Origin: an uncultured Nitrospiraceae bacterium
GTDB taxonomy: Bacteria > Nitrospirota > Thermodesulfovibrionia > Thermodesulfovibrionales > Dissulfurispiraceae
DNA: 64,000 nucleotides
Direction: 5' to 3'
Assembly: GCA_963705105.1 (NCBI GenBank)
Contig: CAVPIW010000017.1
Coordinates: forward strand, 53,821-117,820
Shown one piece after another: positions 51,826 to 61,389 of the stretch; position 1 is the stretch's first letter; each line of letters starts with the position of its first letter. The translations under genes and the position numbers were made by a program. Under the pieces are notes generated by a model. That model was not told the origin of the DNA, ran no database searches, and saw only the letters and a list, made by a program, of their open reading frames with translations.

Positions 51826-52208
51826 GCCACAGAGAGCACAGAGTTCACAGAGACAAACCTGATTTGACATCAAATGACGAATAGCAGCAAGTCGGGAGTT
51901 GTCCGGTCTGTGTTTCAAGCCCTCGGGATTCGTGCTCCACATGACAGTGGTATTTTTCCGTTAACAATTGCAGAATACCGACAGTAGCACGAAAATGCGG
52001 GGCCAAACGCCTCAAAGCCTCGCTGATAGAGAGTTTGATCATTCCAAGTTCGTTTTTTCAGGATTCCATTCTTTGTGGCATCGATCGTTTGTCTGAAATA
52101 GTCTGTATGGGAAGGCAAAGGTTTCGCAGCACCGATGCTTTTCGGCGCATTCGCCCCGCATTTTCTGAGGGCATGGGGTATACTCTGCGTTCTCTGTGAC
52201 CCTGTGGC
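51826..52208. repeat. Nested repeat: outer GCCACAGAG.CACAGAG / CTCTG.G..CTCTGTG..GTGGC inverted repeat enclosing a module A/F hybrid element
   Basis: Outer arms at 51826-51852 and 52183-52208; inner element at 51975-52180. Confidence 0.7.
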
Positions 52209-52277
52209 TGATCTGCTGTTCGAGTTATTTTGGACGGGAGTGCGGTACAATAGAAAAAAACCACACGGGGTGGAAAG

Positions 52278-52649
52278 ATGAAACTTTCAGAGCTCTTCAA
52301 GTCCGGCGGCAGGGGCGTGATCGCCACTGCTGACAACGGGGGCAACGTCAATACCGCTGTGTACGCCCTGCCTCACATCATAGACGAAAATACCGTCGCC
52401 TGGGGCATGACGGAGAGCAGGACATACCGGAACGTCCTGATCAACCCCCTTGCGGCCTACCTGTACATGAACCCGGGCAAGGGATATTCCGGCGTGCGGC
52501 TCAGTCTGAAGCTGAAGAACATGGAGGACTCAGGGGTGCTGCTTAATGCGATCAGGGAGCGGACGGCGGAGATCGTCAGTCCTGAGGCTGCAGCCGCCGT
52601 GAAGCACGTGGCATACTTCGAGGTCATTGAAATACGTCCCCTCATCTGA
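52278..52649 (+). CDS. Pyridoxamine 5'-phosphate oxidase-like FMN-binding protein
   Basis: VIATAD..G.VN.A.YA.P, TYRN...NP.A and RPL motifs. Confidence 0.85.
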   Translation: MKLSELFKSGGRGVIATADNGGNVNTAVYALPHIIDENTVAWGMTESRTYRNVLINPLAAYLYMNPGKGYSGVRLSLKLKNMEDSGVLLNAIRERTAEIVSPEAAAAVKHVAYFEVIEIRPLI

Positions 52650-52681
52650 CCGGCCAGATCATCGACCGGATTATAAGTGCC

Positions 52682-52975
52682 ATGGACGATGAAGTTTTCG
52701 ATCCGCCCGATGTGGTGGAACCACCTGTCAACGGGGTCCTCGATCTTCACACCTTCGCTCCCCGCGACGTGAAGGACCTCGTTCCCCATTACCTTGCCCT
52801 GTGCAGGGACAAAGGCATCCTCGAGGTCCGCATCATTCACGGCAAAGGAACAGGAGCACTCAGAGAGACGGTGCACGCCATACTCCGGAGGGACCCTTCC
52901 GTTGAGGCCTTCAGGCTTGCCGGCAGTGACAGGGGCGGCTGGGGAGCCACCGTTGTGACCCTGCGGGGACAATGA
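52682..52975 (+). CDS. Smr/MutS2-domain protein
   Basis: LDLH.F, RIIHGKGTG.LR and GGWGAT motifs. Confidence 0.92.
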   Translation: MDDEVFDPPDVVEPPVNGVLDLHTFAPRDVKDLVPHYLALCRDKGILEVRIIHGKGTGALRETVHAILRRDPSVEAFRLAGSDRGGWGATVVTLRGQ

Positions 52976-53502
52976 ATTCAGGGTTGCCCCGCTCTTTCGA
53001 TATCTCGTTCCGGAAGCTGTCCGCCGGGACCTTTCAACTCACGACCTCGCAGACGATACCGCTTTCCCCGGAACGGGCGTTCACTTTTTTTGAAGACCCC
53101 CGGAACCTCTTCGAGATCACGCCCGACTGGCTCGACTTCCGCCTTGTCAACCCCGATACAAGTGAGGTTTCCGAGGGATCAGAGTTCGACTACACGATCC
53201 GCTGGTATGGGATCAGGATGCGGTGGCGGAGCAGGATCATCGATTACCTTCCCCCGGAGCGGTTCACCGACATCCAGATCAGGGGCCCTTACAGGTCCTG
53301 GCATCATCTGCACACCTTCGGGGGCACGCCGGACGGGACGCTGCTGAATGATGTCGTGACATACAAACCTCCCCTGATCGGCGTCCCCTTTCATGACCTC
53401 ATGATCAGAGGGCAACTCACCGATATCTTCTCATACCGCGCCGTGCGCATCGCCGAATGGGCAGGTGGCGACTTCAGGCCGAAGGCCCTCCGGCGGCCAT
53501 GA
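52972..53502 (+). CDS. SRPBCC family protein
   Basis: FF.DP.NL..ITP, F.D.Q..GPY..W.H.H.F and IF.YR motifs. Confidence 0.88.
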   Translation: MNSGLPRSFDISFRKLSAGTFQLTTSQTIPLSPERAFTFFEDPRNLFEITPDWLDFRLVNPDTSEVSEGSEFDYTIRWYGIRMRWRSRIIDYLPPERFTDIQIRGPYRSWHHLHTFGGTPDGTLLNDVVTYKPPLIGVPFHDLMIRGQLTDIFSYRAVRIAEWAGGDFRPKALRRP

Positions 53503-54047
53503 GCTATCAGCGGTATAAACTCATTATCTTTGCGGCCGCGACGGAGGGATCGGTGCTCCTGCTGGCCCTGATGCTGTCACAGTGGTTATCGATTCCCCTG
53601 ACGCCCCTTACGACGGACTTCTTCAGGGATATCCTGACAGGCACCGCCGGGGCCGTTCCCCCATTCATCCTCTTCAGCTTCCTTATCTCCGACAGGGCCA
53701 CCGTCATACCGGGGATACGGGAACTGAGAGACGTCCTGAGAGGGCCGATCAGGGACCTTTTCCATGAGGCGACCGTTGTGGACCTCGTCGGCATCGCCCT
53801 GTTGGCTGGGTTCGCCGAGGAGTGCCTCTTCCGCGGAGTGCTGCAGGTCAAGTTCGGCATCGTTGCCGCGAGCATCGTTTTCGGACTTGCCCATCTCATC
53901 ACGCCGGCCTATTTCGTCATCGCCCTGGTCATGGGCGCCTACCTGGGGCTGTTCTTCCAGTATACCGGCAGCCTCCTCGCCGTTATTCACCTCCACTTCC
54001 TCTATGACCTCCTGGCCCTCGCATACTTGCGCTATCGCATGAAGTAG
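53499..54047 (+). CDS. CPBP (Abi/CAAX) family intramembrane glutamic protease
   Basis: EE..FRG, FG.AH and H..YD motifs. Confidence 0.9.
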   Translation: MSYQRYKLIIFAAATEGSVLLLALMLSQWLSIPLTPLTTDFFRDILTGTAGAVPPFILFSFLISDRATVIPGIRELRDVLRGPIRDLFHEATVVDLVGIALLAGFAEECLFRGVLQVKFGIVAASIVFGLAHLITPAYFVIALVMGAYLGLFFQYTGSLLAVIHLHFLYDLLALAYLRYRMK

Positions 54048-54345
54048 GGTTCTCCGGGAAAAGATGTGCGACAACCTGTCGCGCAGTCTTGCAGCGGCAG
54101 CCGTGCGTGTCCTTCTTTTTAATCCCGCCTTGGCCTCTGTGCGGACAATCACTGCCATTGAACCGGCGATTGGCATATCGTTAAAGCGATACTCCCTTCG
54201 CAGGAGAAATGGCATGATGAGACTGCGTGCGTTGTGTTATTCAAGAAAAAACAAGTATCCCCATCCCCTGACATCGGTAGCGGGCAATACCCGCCAGTCA
54301 TTTATCCCAGACAAAAGATACTCATTGAACCAACAGGAGTGTGCC

Positions 54346-56730
54346 ATGAAGAAAAGCTCCGTCTTGAAAGTCTGTATTTTTTCTGTTTGCATGATGTTCA
54401 CTTCCCTCCTCATATTCACCGGCATTGCCCCATGCCAAACTATGCCATTGGAAACCGGCGATGCGAGGAATGGTTATGGAAACGCATGCATCGATGCCGA
54501 CCGGGTCTTTGCGGTGAGGGATGATGGAAAGGGTGTTGACGTGATTTCGGTCTTGACCGGTGTGGTCACAGACAGCATCCTTCCGGACAATAACGTGCAC
54601 CTCTGTGCGGCGGACGGCCGGAGAGGGATTCTCTATGTCGCCGACAGCAACGGATTGATCATGGCAGTATCGACGGACTCCCTCGACATGCTCTCATCCT
54701 TTCAAATCGGCAGAAAACCTTCAGCAATAGCCGTCGAAAGTAAGAAAAACATCATGATCACAGCGGACGACAGGGGGGTGATCACCTTTGTTGATCTGGC
54801 AACCCTGAAAGTCATGAAACAGATACAGTCATTCGAAAAACCTTCTGCCATAGCGGTGGATGCCGGCCTCGGTATTGCCATTATCGTTCATGGCACATGG
54901 GGAGTGCGGGAGGACGGACAGAGAAAAGACAGTGAGTCCAGAGACAACGTCACCCTTGTCGACCTTCAGAGCCTTTCTATTCGTGCAACTGTGCAGGCGG
55001 GCAAGAATCCCCTGTCCGTTGCCGTCAATCCTTTCACGCACGAGGCAATCGTTGCGAATGAAAAAAGCGATGACATTACCGTGGTGGATCTGCATTCACT
55101 GATGAAAAGAGAGTCACTGTCGGTTGAAAAACACCCCCTGTCCTTATCATACAGCGAATGCGTGAACAGTCTGGCAGTCATCGGCGGGGAGGACAAGGGA
55201 TGGATGTGGGGCATTGACATGGACACCCTGGAGAAAGAGAGCGCGCAGGTAACCATGGACAAACCGGAAACCATTGTCGTCCACTCGCCTCTCAACAGGG
55301 CGTTCATAACGGGAAGGGATGGTGTTTCCCTGATCGACCTGCCCAATCCTGTTCCGGACATGCTTGTCCTGACACCCGCGCATGTCATGAGGGGTGAGAC
55401 GGCGGCAACACTCATGATTGAGGGGAAGGGTCTTCTGCAAAACACGGAGGTCCGTCTTGACGGCAAAACAGTAGTCTCCGCCTTCATCGAATGCGGGAAA
55501 CTGAGAGTTTCTGTTCCCGGCAGCCTCCTGCAGGGAGCAGGCCGGATTGAGATCACTGCAAACAATCCCGCTCCTTCCGGGGGAACATCAACAGCCTATC
55601 CGTTCACTGTAAAAAACCCCGTCCCCTCGATAACCTCGATAGCCCCTGCGGAAGCAAGCGCAGGCACTTCTGAAGTAGTGATAACACTTCTCGGAACGGG
55701 GTTCTTTGAAGACACGGAAGTTTTGCTCGGAGGCGCCAAGAGAGCTTTGACATATGGTGAAGGGAGAATACAGATTCACCTCACGGCAGCAGACCTGACA
55801 GCGCCGGGCACATATCAGATAACTGCCGTCAATCAGCCTCCCGGCGGCGGCGCGTCAAACAGTGTGTTCTTCGTCGTGAAGGGAAAGACATTTGACGTAA
55901 CAGTCATGTCGCCTGTTGCCAACCAGACAATCAGTCAGGGACGGACCATCGTGCAGGGAACCCTCGATTCCGCCTCCGGCGACATCGGCATTCAGGTCAA
56001 CGGGATGGCCGCTGACATCAAGGGCAATACATGGGTCGTCAGTGATGTGCCGCTCGTGCCGGGGGAAAACATCATCACTGTCACGGCGTCGGATTTGCGG
56101 GGGAATGCGGAAACGAAGACGGTCACTGTCTTTGTAGAGAATACAATGCGGCATGTCGCCTTGTCGGCAAACATCCGGAACGGCGTCGCTCCTCTGACAA
56201 CGTATTTCAACGTGATGACAGAGACGGATAACCCTATCGCCGGTTATGCAATAGATTTCGAGGGAGACGGCGTCGCCGACTTTACCGGCACTGACTTCAG
56301 TGATATCCAGTTCACCTATCCTTCGGAGGGCATCTATTATCCTGCAATCCATGTCACCGATAACAAAGGATACACATATACGGATACTATATCCATTACG
56401 GTGTTTTCGAAGCAGGAGATCGAGGGTATATTGAAGAAACGTTGGGAGGACATGAAGGTCGCCCTGTTGCGCAAGGACGTTGAAGGGGCGGTGCAGTGTT
56501 TCCTGGAGCATGCCCGTGAAAGGTATGGGCAGATCTTCACGCTCCTCATAGACGATCTTCCCCGGATCGTCTCGGACATGAAGGACATCGAGATGATTTA
56601 TCTGGAAAACGGCATTGCCAAATACCGGATACGCCGTGATCATATCATCGACGGCCGGACAGTGCAGATCACCTATTACATCTACTTCGGCAGGGGTGCA
56701 GATGGCATCTGGAGAATCGACAAGTTTTAG
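54346..56730 (+). CDS. Secreted multidomain protein: YVTN-like beta-propeller, two IPT/TIG domains, Ig, PKD and a C-terminal NTF2-like domain
   Basis: Signal peptide, P..IAV repeats, two NPVP...N..PGGG.S units, L.PGEN.ITVTA.D, APLT..F..DF.GDG, C-terminus W..MK.AL...D...A...IYF....DG.W.I..F. Confidence 0.8.
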   Translation: MKKSSVLKVCIFSVCMMFTSLLIFTGIAPCQTMPLETGDARNGYGNACIDADRVFAVRDDGKGVDVISVLTGVVTDSILPDNNVHLCAADGRRGILYVADSNGLIMAVSTDSLDMLSSFQIGRKPSAIAVESKKNIMITADDRGVITFVDLATLKVMKQIQSFEKPSAIAVDAGLGIAIIVHGTWGVREDGQRKDSESRDNVTLVDLQSLSIRATVQAGKNPLSVAVNPFTHEAIVANEKSDDITVVDLHSLMKRESLSVEKHPLSLSYSECVNSLAVIGGEDKGWMWGIDMDTLEKESAQVTMDKPETIVVHSPLNRAFITGRDGVSLIDLPNPVPDMLVLTPAHVMRGETAATLMIEGKGLLQNTEVRLDGKTVVSAFIECGKLRVSVPGSLLQGAGRIEITANNPAPSGGTSTAYPFTVKNPVPSITSIAPAEASAGTSEVVITLLGTGFFEDTEVLLGGAKRALTYGEGRIQIHLTAADLTAPGTYQITAVNQPPGGGASNSVFFVVKGKTFDVTVMSPVANQTISQGRTIVQGTLDSASGDIGIQVNGMAADIKGNTWVVSDVPLVPGENIITVTASDLRGNAETKTVTVFVENTMRHVALSANIRNGVAPLTTYFNVMTETDNPIAGYAIDFEGDGVADFTGTDFSDIQFTYPSEGIYYPAIHVTDNKGYTYTDTISITVFSKQEIEGILKKRWEDMKVALLRKDVEGAVQCFLEHARERYGQIFTLLIDDLPRIVSDMKDIEMIYLENGIAKYRIRRDHIIDGRTVQITYYIYFGRGADGIWRIDKF

Positions 56731-56763
56731 CATAAGGCAAAAGGGACACTGAGGAGGAACACT

Positions 56764-57376
56764 ATGTTCGTTATGGCCCTGCAATTTTTACTTTTGCTGG
56801 CAATGCTTGCAACAGATGTTGCTGCCGGGTCAGCAACATTCTATTACTCAGACGGACCATGGAAAGGTACAGTCGTTGACGCTGAAACGAAGCAACCCAT
56901 TGAAGGTGTCGTTGTGCTTGCCGTGTGGGAGAAGTTCTACCGCACACCGGCAGGTCGAAACGCCTACTTTTATGATGCCACAGAAGTGCTGACAAATAAG
57001 AACGGTGAATTCGTCATTCCAAAATTCAGTGCCGTTAATTTTAATCCCCTGGCAGGCATAGAAGGACCACGATTCAAAATATATAAACCTGGTTCAGCTC
57101 CATTCCCTGGAGCCTGGTAGTTATATAATCACAAACATTTCCATTCAGTCCATTGACGTGTCGATGATGATGATCTATCTAATATCCTAAAAAAAGGATT
57201 TCGGTCATTGAAATATTACGTCTGAAACGAAAGAAGAAAGATTGAAAGCTTAAACTGTTGAAGCTCAACCGTTGGGACGATGTCCCGCAGGACAATATCC
57301 AGACTTTGATTAAACGTATTGATGAAGAAAACAGAGACTCGGTTTGAAATCGATTACGCACGAATCAAGGAGATAG
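56764..57376 (+). pseudogene. Exported protein with a carboxypeptidase-regulatory-like beta-sandwich, decayed after codon 118
   Basis: GPWKGTVVDAETKQPIEGVVVLAVW; TAG at 57118. Downstream frameshifted remnants read VIEILRLK.KEERLK and VPQDNI..LIKRIDEE. Confidence 0.7.
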
Positions 57377-57380
57377 TACA

Positions 57381-59382
57381 ATGTTGAAGAAATGACGTCA
57401 CTCTATACTGAAAGTTTTATGCTTTCCTCTTTTCTTATTGCCTATTTGTAATGATATCTGGGCACTTGAGAAAATTACCCATGAAAATCTTCATACCAAT
57501 TTAGCTAACAATTCAATGCTGTCATCATTTGTCAGGAACAAACTTGGTTACAGGAATGGCATCGAAGAGATTTTCATGGAACAGAAATCGAAAAATTGCT
57601 TATGTCTGGCGGCAGGAAAGAAGATGAACCCATGTATACAAGGTCGTTCAATCATTTCCATGATCCCTTGAAGCCCTGGAATAGTGCGGGCTTCAAAGGG
57701 ACCTTCAAGTCATCTCTCGTCTGGGCACAGGATCAAGGAGCATTCGGATCCCTTTTTGGTGATGACTGGTCATGGAAGAAGGCGCGAATGGCTTTTTATC
57801 GGGGGTTGACAGCCACAAAGCAACTTGACAGAGACAGGAACTTTGCACATACATTCCGGGCCCTCGGTCAGGTCATGCATTTGGTGCAGGACTCCTCTGT
57901 CCCCTCTCATGTCAGAAACGACGCTCATATTTGGGGATTTCATTACGAATTGTGGGCGAAAGGTCGGCATGGACAGCTCAATACAATGCCGGCTGCTTTT
58001 AACAAATCCATCTTGGATCTTCCGACTGAGACGGCTGCTCCGGTTCCAATTGCAAGTGTTTTCGATACAAATACATACACTGGTTCTAATCCTCTCGTTA
58101 CCTGGGGACCCACTATCGGCATCGCCGAATTCGCCAACGCCAATTTCTTCAGCGAAGACACCATTTTCTGGAACTATCCCCATCCTTCTTACGACGAGAC
58201 GGACTACGCTTCCATTGACTGGTCAAACCCGGAAATTATGGATGCAGAGGACGGAAAACTCGATGCCAGAATCTATGTTAAGAAGACAATCGGTCCCGAC
58301 GATTATCGCCTTGCTGGGATGGGGTATCTGTCGCGTGATGCGATTGAAGGGGGACACTTGTTTTCAGTCTTAGTCTTGGATGACAGAGTTTACAGTGATT
58401 ATGCCGCCCATCTCATTCCCCGTGCCGTCGGATACTCGACCGGCCTCCTTGATTACTTCTTCAGGGGCAACATCTACATCGGTCCCACCGACAAGGGGGT
58501 CTTCTCCTTCATCCATTACAACGACGATCCAACAAAGGCTTCCGGAAACTGACACTCAGCGCATTGAACATCACCTCCTCCGGTGAAGAGATGCGGGACG
58601 GCAGTATTGAACTGGTCGTGAAATTCAAACGGGCACTTGAATATCCCTTCCGTGTCCGCACCTCATCCGTTCCCGTGACCGAAGAGTTCGAATACAAGGT
58701 CTATCCGGAGGCCCAGGGTATCCGGTCAATTCCCCGCACGGAATTCGTCACCCTCGAATTCGACCTGAGCAGCGATCCCATCCCCCTGGAAGCCGTCGAT
58801 CTGTCCATCCAGATCGTCTACAAGGGACGGCTCGGCGCAGAGTCGGAGGCGGTGGTCGTGGGGTTCAGCAACATCGGGGAACCCACCCCTTTTGATGTGT
58901 ACAACAGCATGGACCGCTTCTGCCTGTACAACAAGTGGTACATTGCGGGAAGCGACGAGATCCTGCAACAGACGGACCCTCTCGGCAGGCCCGTCACCAT
59001 GTCCGCCGATATCTTCCCCCACGATCTGAAAGATATTTACGTGAGGTTTTCCTTTTACTGGACTCCGAAGAATGTTTCTCCGACGGACTACCAGTACCAC
59101 ATTCCCCTGCTCAAGGCGGGAGAGTACAAGCGTGTCTATCTGCTGACCGAGTCCTATTTCATCGTCAGTCTCTATCCGTCAAAGATCGAGCACACCGATC
59201 CTGAGGACAACCTGTGGATGAGACCGATGCCTGTGATGACCTATGAGGAAGCGGCCGTCTGGAATCAGGAGGGGTCGGTTCCCCGGGGATGGACATTCAG
59301 GGGACTGGACACGTTTGCGAATTTCATCGTCAGCCCCTCGGCCCTTCCTGTGACATCTAAGTGTGATACGAAATATATCCCG
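57381..59382 (+). pseudogene. Secreted Zn-dependent phospholipase C / S1-P1-like protein, copy 1 (nonsense at codon 5, frameshifts near 57573 and 58535)
   Basis: AAGGAG RBS, signal-like N-terminus, NHFHDP, ALGQVMHLVQD.SVP.H..ND.H and YE motifs. Confidence 0.7.
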
Positions 59383-61269
59383 CTTAATGCCACTATCGCC
59401 CCTACTATGAATCAACATCTTGGAAAAATCGGTTTTAGGCATGGTATTCAGGAATTTATCAGTGGATCGAAAGTCATTCAATTGCTTATGTCTGGCGGCA
59501 GGAAAGAAGATGAACCCATGTATACAAGGTCGTTCAATCATTTCCATGATCCCTTGAAGCCCTGGAATAGTGCGGGCTTCAAAGGGACCTTCAAGTCATC
59601 TCTCGTCTGGGCACAGGATCAAGGAGCATTCGGATCCCTTTTTGGTGATGACTGGTCATGGAAGAAGGCGCGAATGGCTTTTTATCGGGGTTTGACAGCC
59701 ACAAAGCAACTGGACAGAGACAGGAACTTTGCAGATACATTCCGGGCCCTCGGTCAGGTCATGCATTTGGTGCAGGACTCCTCTGTCCCCTCTCATGTTA
59801 GAAACGACGCTCATATTTGGGGATTTCATTACGAATTGTGGGCGAAAGGTCGGCATGGACAGCTCAATACAATGCCGGCTGCTTTTAACAAATCCATCTT
59901 GGATCTTCCGACTGAGACGGCTGCTCCGGTTCCAATTGCAAATGTCTTCGATACAAATACATACACTGGTTCTAACCCTCTCGTTACCTGGGGAACCACT
60001 ATCGGCATCGCCGAATTCGCCAACGCCAATTTCTTCAGCGAAGACACCATTTTCTGGAACTATCCCCATCCTTCTTACGACGAGACGGACTACGCTTCCA
60101 TTGACTGGTCAAACCCGGAAATTATGGATGCAGAGGACGGAAAACTCGATGCCAGAATCTATGTTAAGAAGACAATCGGTCCCGACGATTATCGCCTTGC
60201 TGGGATGGGGTATCTGTCGCGTGATGCGATTGAAGGGGGACACTTGTTTTCAGTCTTAGTCTTGGATGACAGAGTTTACAGTGATTATGCCGCCCATCTC
60301 ATTCCCCGTGCCGTCGGATACTCAACCGGCCTCCTTGATTACTTCTTCAGGGGCAACATCTACATCGGTCCCACCGACAGAGGGGTCTTCTCCTTCATCC
60401 ACTACGACGACGATCCGGGCAAAGGGTTCCAGAAACTGACACTCAGCGCACTGAACATCACCTCCTCCGGTGAAGAGATGCGGGACGGCAGCATCGAACT
60501 GGTCGTGAAATTCAAACGGGCACTTGAATATCCCTTCCGTGTCCGCACCTCACCCGTTCCTGTGACGGAAGAGTTCGAATACAAGGTCTATCCGGAGGCC
60601 CAGGGGATCCGGACAATCCCGCGCACGGAATTCGCTATCCTCGAATTCGACCTGAGCAACGACCCCATCCCCCTGGAAGCCGTCGATCTGTCCATCCAGA
60701 TTGTCTACAAGGGACGGCTCGGCGCAGAGTCGGAGGCTGTCGTCGTGGGGTTCAGCAACATCGGGGAACCCACCCCCTTTGATGTGTACAACAGCATGGA
60801 CCGCTTCTGCCTGTACAACAAGTGGTACATTGCGGGAAGCGACGAGATCCTGCAGCAGACGGACCCTCTCGGCAGGCCCATCACCATGACTGCCGACGTC
60901 TTCTCCCATGATCTCAAAGACATTTATGTGAGGTTTTCCTTCTACTGGACGCCGAAGAATGTTTCACCGACAGACTACCAGTATCACATTCCCCTGCTCA
61001 AGGCGGGAGAGTACAAGCGGGTGTATCTGCTGACCGAGTCCTATTTCATCGTCAGTCTCTATCCGTCAAAGATCGAGCACACCGATCCTGAGGACAACCT
61101 GTGGATGAGACCGATGCCTGTGATGACCTATGAGGAAGCGGCCGTCTGGAATCAGGAGGGGTCGATTCCCCGGGGATGGACATTCAGGGGACTGGACACG
61201 TTTGCGAATTTCATCGTCAGCCCCTCGGCCCTTCCTGTGACATCTAAGTGCGATACGAAATACATCCCG
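57594..61269 (+). repeat. Tandem direct duplication of about 1.79 kb (57594-59382 and 59480-61269) with a 97-bp unique spacer
   Basis: Constant offset of 1886-1887 bp; high identity with scattered substitutions, many synonymous. Confidence 0.95.
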
Positions 61270-61272
61270 TAG
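58564..61272 (+). CDS. Continuous ORF: C-terminal half of copy 1 fused in frame to PLC-like copy 2, which has no signal peptide
   Basis: 902-codon open frame; the copy 1 stop (CCG TAG in copy 2) is replaced by CCG CTT. Confidence 0.55.
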   Translation: MNITSSGEEMRDGSIELVVKFKRALEYPFRVRTSSVPVTEEFEYKVYPEAQGIRSIPRTEFVTLEFDLSSDPIPLEAVDLSIQIVYKGRLGAESEAVVVGFSNIGEPTPFDVYNSMDRFCLYNKWYIAGSDEILQQTDPLGRPVTMSADIFPHDLKDIYVRFSFYWTPKNVSPTDYQYHIPLLKAGEYKRVYLLTESYFIVSLYPSKIEHTDPEDNLWMRPMPVMTYEEAAVWNQEGSVPRGWTFRGLDTFANFIVSPSALPVTSKCDTKYIPLNATIAPTMNQHLGKIGFRHGIQEFISGSKVIQLLMSGGRKEDEPMYTRSFNHFHDPLKPWNSAGFKGTFKSSLVWAQDQGAFGSLFGDDWSWKKARMAFYRGLTATKQLDRDRNFADTFRALGQVMHLVQDSSVPSHVRNDAHIWGFHYELWAKGRHGQLNTMPAAFNKSILDLPTETAAPVPIANVFDTNTYTGSNPLVTWGTTIGIAEFANANFFSEDTIFWNYPHPSYDETDYASIDWSNPEIMDAEDGKLDARIYVKKTIGPDDYRLAGMGYLSRDAIEGGHLFSVLVLDDRVYSDYAAHLIPRAVGYSTGLLDYFFRGNIYIGPTDRGVFSFIHYDDDPGKGFQKLTLSALNITSSGEEMRDGSIELVVKFKRALEYPFRVRTSPVPVTEEFEYKVYPEAQGIRTIPRTEFAILEFDLSNDPIPLEAVDLSIQIVYKGRLGAESEAVVVGFSNIGEPTPFDVYNSMDRFCLYNKWYIAGSDEILQQTDPLGRPITMTADVFSHDLKDIYVRFSFYWTPKNVSPTDYQYHIPLLKAGEYKRVYLLTESYFIVSLYPSKIEHTDPEDNLWMRPMPVMTYEEAAVWNQEGSIPRGWTFRGLDTFANFIVSPSALPVTSKCDTKYIP

Positions 61273-61389
61273 AGACATGAAGGCGATGTATATTTCACGG
61301 CAAGTTTGCAGGATCAATCCTTCCCTGCAGCCGGTGTATGGCCGCGGTCACGGGACAAGGAAATTTCATTAACAAATAAGGGGGAACCC

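Noticed and set aside
57594..61269. Duplication as a diversity-generating retroelement TR/VR pair
   Set aside because: It is far too long, the differences are not adenine-specific, many are synonymous, and there is no reverse transcriptase in the window.
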